DNA of 63,988 nucleotides, filler included, from Polymyxa betae A26-41 (Eukaryota; Protista; Endomyxa: Phytomyxea): NCBI GenBank assembly GCA_003693705.1. It is 7 parts of 7 records of this genome, joined end to end, with 100 filler letters (N's around TTAATTAATTAA, not from the genome) between each part and the next. Parts side by side here need not be neighbours in the genome. Positions count along the whole stretch, not along the records: positions 59,737 to 63,988 come from RBZT01000612.1; 6 more parts are not named here. One strand, 5' to 3'. Shown piece by piece: positions 61,622 to 63,988 of this stretch (position 1 is its first letter; each line of letters starts with the position of its first letter). The notes under the pieces were generated by a model. It saw only the letters and a program-made list of their open reading frames with translations, ran no database searches and was not told where the DNA came from. The position numbers and the translations under genes were made by a program.

Positions 61622-62740
61622 TAATAAACTGGGAAGAGAGAAAATTTTAAAAAAGGGCAGCATCCACCCTTGCCTATAGAATCGCTGAAAGGAGTACCGA
61701 TTCGAAGCCAACATCGCCAGCAAGAACCCTGACCGCCCCGACCTATACACGACAACAATCAGCAAAGGGTTTACAAACTATAGGTTGAACAAACAGTAAT
61801 GCTAGAGTGGCCCCGAAAAACCCTTCAAGCGAAAAGGTAAAATCATTATGCATCCCATCAGTGACAAGACCGAAGAAAATGTAGAGATAAAGCATTCATA
61901 AGGGCAGCCAACTGTTTTAATAAATGCAGAAAACCTTTAAAAATATTAATGAACTGAGAACAGAGAAAATTTCACAGATTGGCAGCATCCACTCTAGTAG
62001 CCGGTTAAAAGATTAAAACATTACCTTCAATTTGACGCCATTGTCGCAAACGAAAACTCAGGCCGACCCGATCTATACACAAAAACAATCAGCACAAGGT
62101 ATACAAACTATAGAATAGACAAACAGCAATGAAAGATGGGCCCGGAAGGCCCTTCAAGAGAAAAGGTGGAATCATATGCGTCCCATCAGAGACGAGACCG
62201 AAGAAAATGTACAGAAAAAAACATTCATAAGAGCTGTCAATTGTTTTAATAAATGCAGAAACCCTTTAAAAGCATCAATGAACTGAAAAGCGAGAAAATT
62301 TCACAATTAGGCAGCATCCACCCTAGCCGATGAAAATTTTTCAGATTACCTGCGATTCGACGCCATTATCGCCACGAAAGCTCGGGCCACCCCAATCTAT
62401 ACACGAAAACAATCAGCACAGGCTATACAAACAACAGAACAAACAGTTTTGCTATACTAGCCCAGAAAGACCTTCAAGCGAAAAGGTGGAATCTTATGCA
62501 TTCCATGAGAGATAAGACCGAAGAAAATGTTCAGATAAAGCATTCATAAAAGCAGCCAACTGTTTCGATAAATTAAAAAAACTTATAAAAACATCAATCA
62601 ACTGAGAAGAGATAAAATTTCAAAAAATGGGCAGCATCCAACCTAGCCGATAAGATTGCTGAAAGTGATTACCGATTTGGAGCCAACATTTCGTCTGCAA
62701 GAACCCGGACCGCCCCGACCTATACACGAGAACTATCAGT
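61622..62740. repeat. Diverged tandem array, ~325-bp unit, about 3.4 copies
   Basis: GGCAGCATCCA at 61656, 61981, 62310, 62630; shared blocks CTATACAC, AGACCGAAGAAAATGT, CATTCATAA. Confidence 0.92.
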
Positions 62741-62958
62741 TTGAGACGTAAAGACTGATCAAAAAACAAACAGCAATGCCAGACAGACCAGGAGGGGCCA
62801 CTCAGCCAACAAGTGAAACCCCTAACGATGCGTCTTATATGAAACGGGTACAAAGACTGTAAATACTCCTGAATAAGTACCTGAACGTCCAGGTCGGCGT
62901 CAGCTTTTAGAAAGTGATCGATTGGAGAGAGCAAAATGGTTAGAAGAGCGATTCGACC

Positions 62959-63988
62959 TGTGACAAGGAGTTACGATAAACTGTTTCGGTGCAAACAATT
63001 GCAATTTGTATTTCGCATGAATTAGAGTAGGAAAGAGACGCAGTTTTTGCGGATGGTCTAAAATTCGATTCAAAACGAAGATTTCCGCTGGAATTCTGTG
63101 ACTCGACTGTGATTCGATTTGAAATAACCGTTTGTAGCAAATTATTACTTTAATGTAAGAAAATACAAGAATAGTTTTGCAAGTTTTCAAGCTACGACGA
63201 AGCTGCGTTAAGATTCGCCCGCGGAGTCCTACGGACACCGTGCCGGCCTTTGGGTCCTGGAAGTTCCCATGATAGAAATACAGATTCATTATTGATTTTA
63301 CCTTCATTCCCGTGTATCTGATCGTAGAATCGAGACGATTGCTACACGTTGCTGAATTGAAATAACCGCTGATATTATAATCCATTTGGCGATAGAGTGA
63401 CATGGGTCACAAACCTGGGTCACCACGCATCTTTTACGCACGTCGAGTGCTGTGACCGAATTTTGTATAAATATTGATACATTCCCCTTTTTCAAAAATT
63501 ATTTTAACTTCTTGTGAAACCGCATCTATACACATTTAATGGCGCCATTATCACATGTGTATTCTTCTATTCGCTGATTTCAGGATATCGCATCAAAAAC
63601 CCATGGGCCATGTGGGACAAAAAGCTTGACTCCCAACAATCAGCTCTTCTGGTTAATAAATCTGAAAATGTCTTCAGACAATATGTGATTTTCTGACTTC
63701 AGTTTTTTAGCATACTTAGCGACTAGTACTGGAACATCTACGTTAAGATTTTCTAGATCTTCCCAGGAGTTATCGTCAGATGTAAATCCTTTCCATTCAA
63801 CCAAAAACTGTAGCTTCCCAGTTTCGGTACTTATACGGGCTCCAATAAACTCCTTAACTTCATAACTTCATAAGAAAAACTGTCATGAGCGAACTGCGCT
63901 TTCATTTCTTCTGTAACATTTAACTTCCCGTCATCATAATATCGCACTCTGTCACCATGAACAATTTTTTTTATCAATTATATTTTCG
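62959..63988 (-). mobile_element. Chromoviral Ty3/gypsy 3' end: integrase chromodomain, PPT and 3' LTR
   Basis: Minus strand VHGDRVRYY...YEV/KEFIGAR...LQFLVEWKGFTSDDNSWEDL (8-bp TTATGAAG duplication shifts frame); PPT GAAAAAGGGGAA; candidate LTR TGTATCAA...TTGTCACA 63481-62959. Confidence 0.8.

Noticed and set aside
61622-62740. Possible CRISPR-like array
   Set aside because: Whole units are homologous, with no unique spacers between identical short repeats and no cas genes; eukaryotic context.

Overview
Draft-assembly window from a compact, intron-containing microbial eukaryote genome using the standard genetic code. Six 100-bp N/TTAATTAATTAA spacers are artificial contig joins. Short introns, GC-rich host genes, TTTAGGG-type motifs and many signal-peptide proteins suggest a plant-associated protist such as a plasmodiophorid; this is inference only. 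Transposable elements make up a large part of the window. They include a near-complete Ty1/copia with one end 11 bp upstream of a tRNA-Thr gene, further copia and LINE fragments, and a pogo/Tigger DDE_1 transposon. There is also a Mutator-like MITE family with 9-bp TSDs, three Ty3/gypsy pieces, and a CryptonF-like tyrosine-recombinase element followed by a ~325-bp tandem array. Host genes encode a C2H2 zinc-finger protein, two F-box(/ankyrin) paralogues, a choline-transporter-like protein, an OSCA/TMEM63 channel, a DUF2235/Tle1-like hydrolase, a RAD51-paralogue-like ATPase, a RING-H2 protein and several secreted proteins. The most interesting signals are: (1) a three-copy family of secreted, NLS-bearing proteins, two with EAR-type LxLxL motifs (candidate TOPLESS-recruiting effectors); (2) strong enrichment of the hexamer GTAACG/CGTTAC in some host genes, where it also serves as a splice donor; (3) short telomere-like repeats in many introns; (4) a copia inserted at a Pol III start site; (5) an unknown intact ORF repeated downstream of copia RNase H ends.
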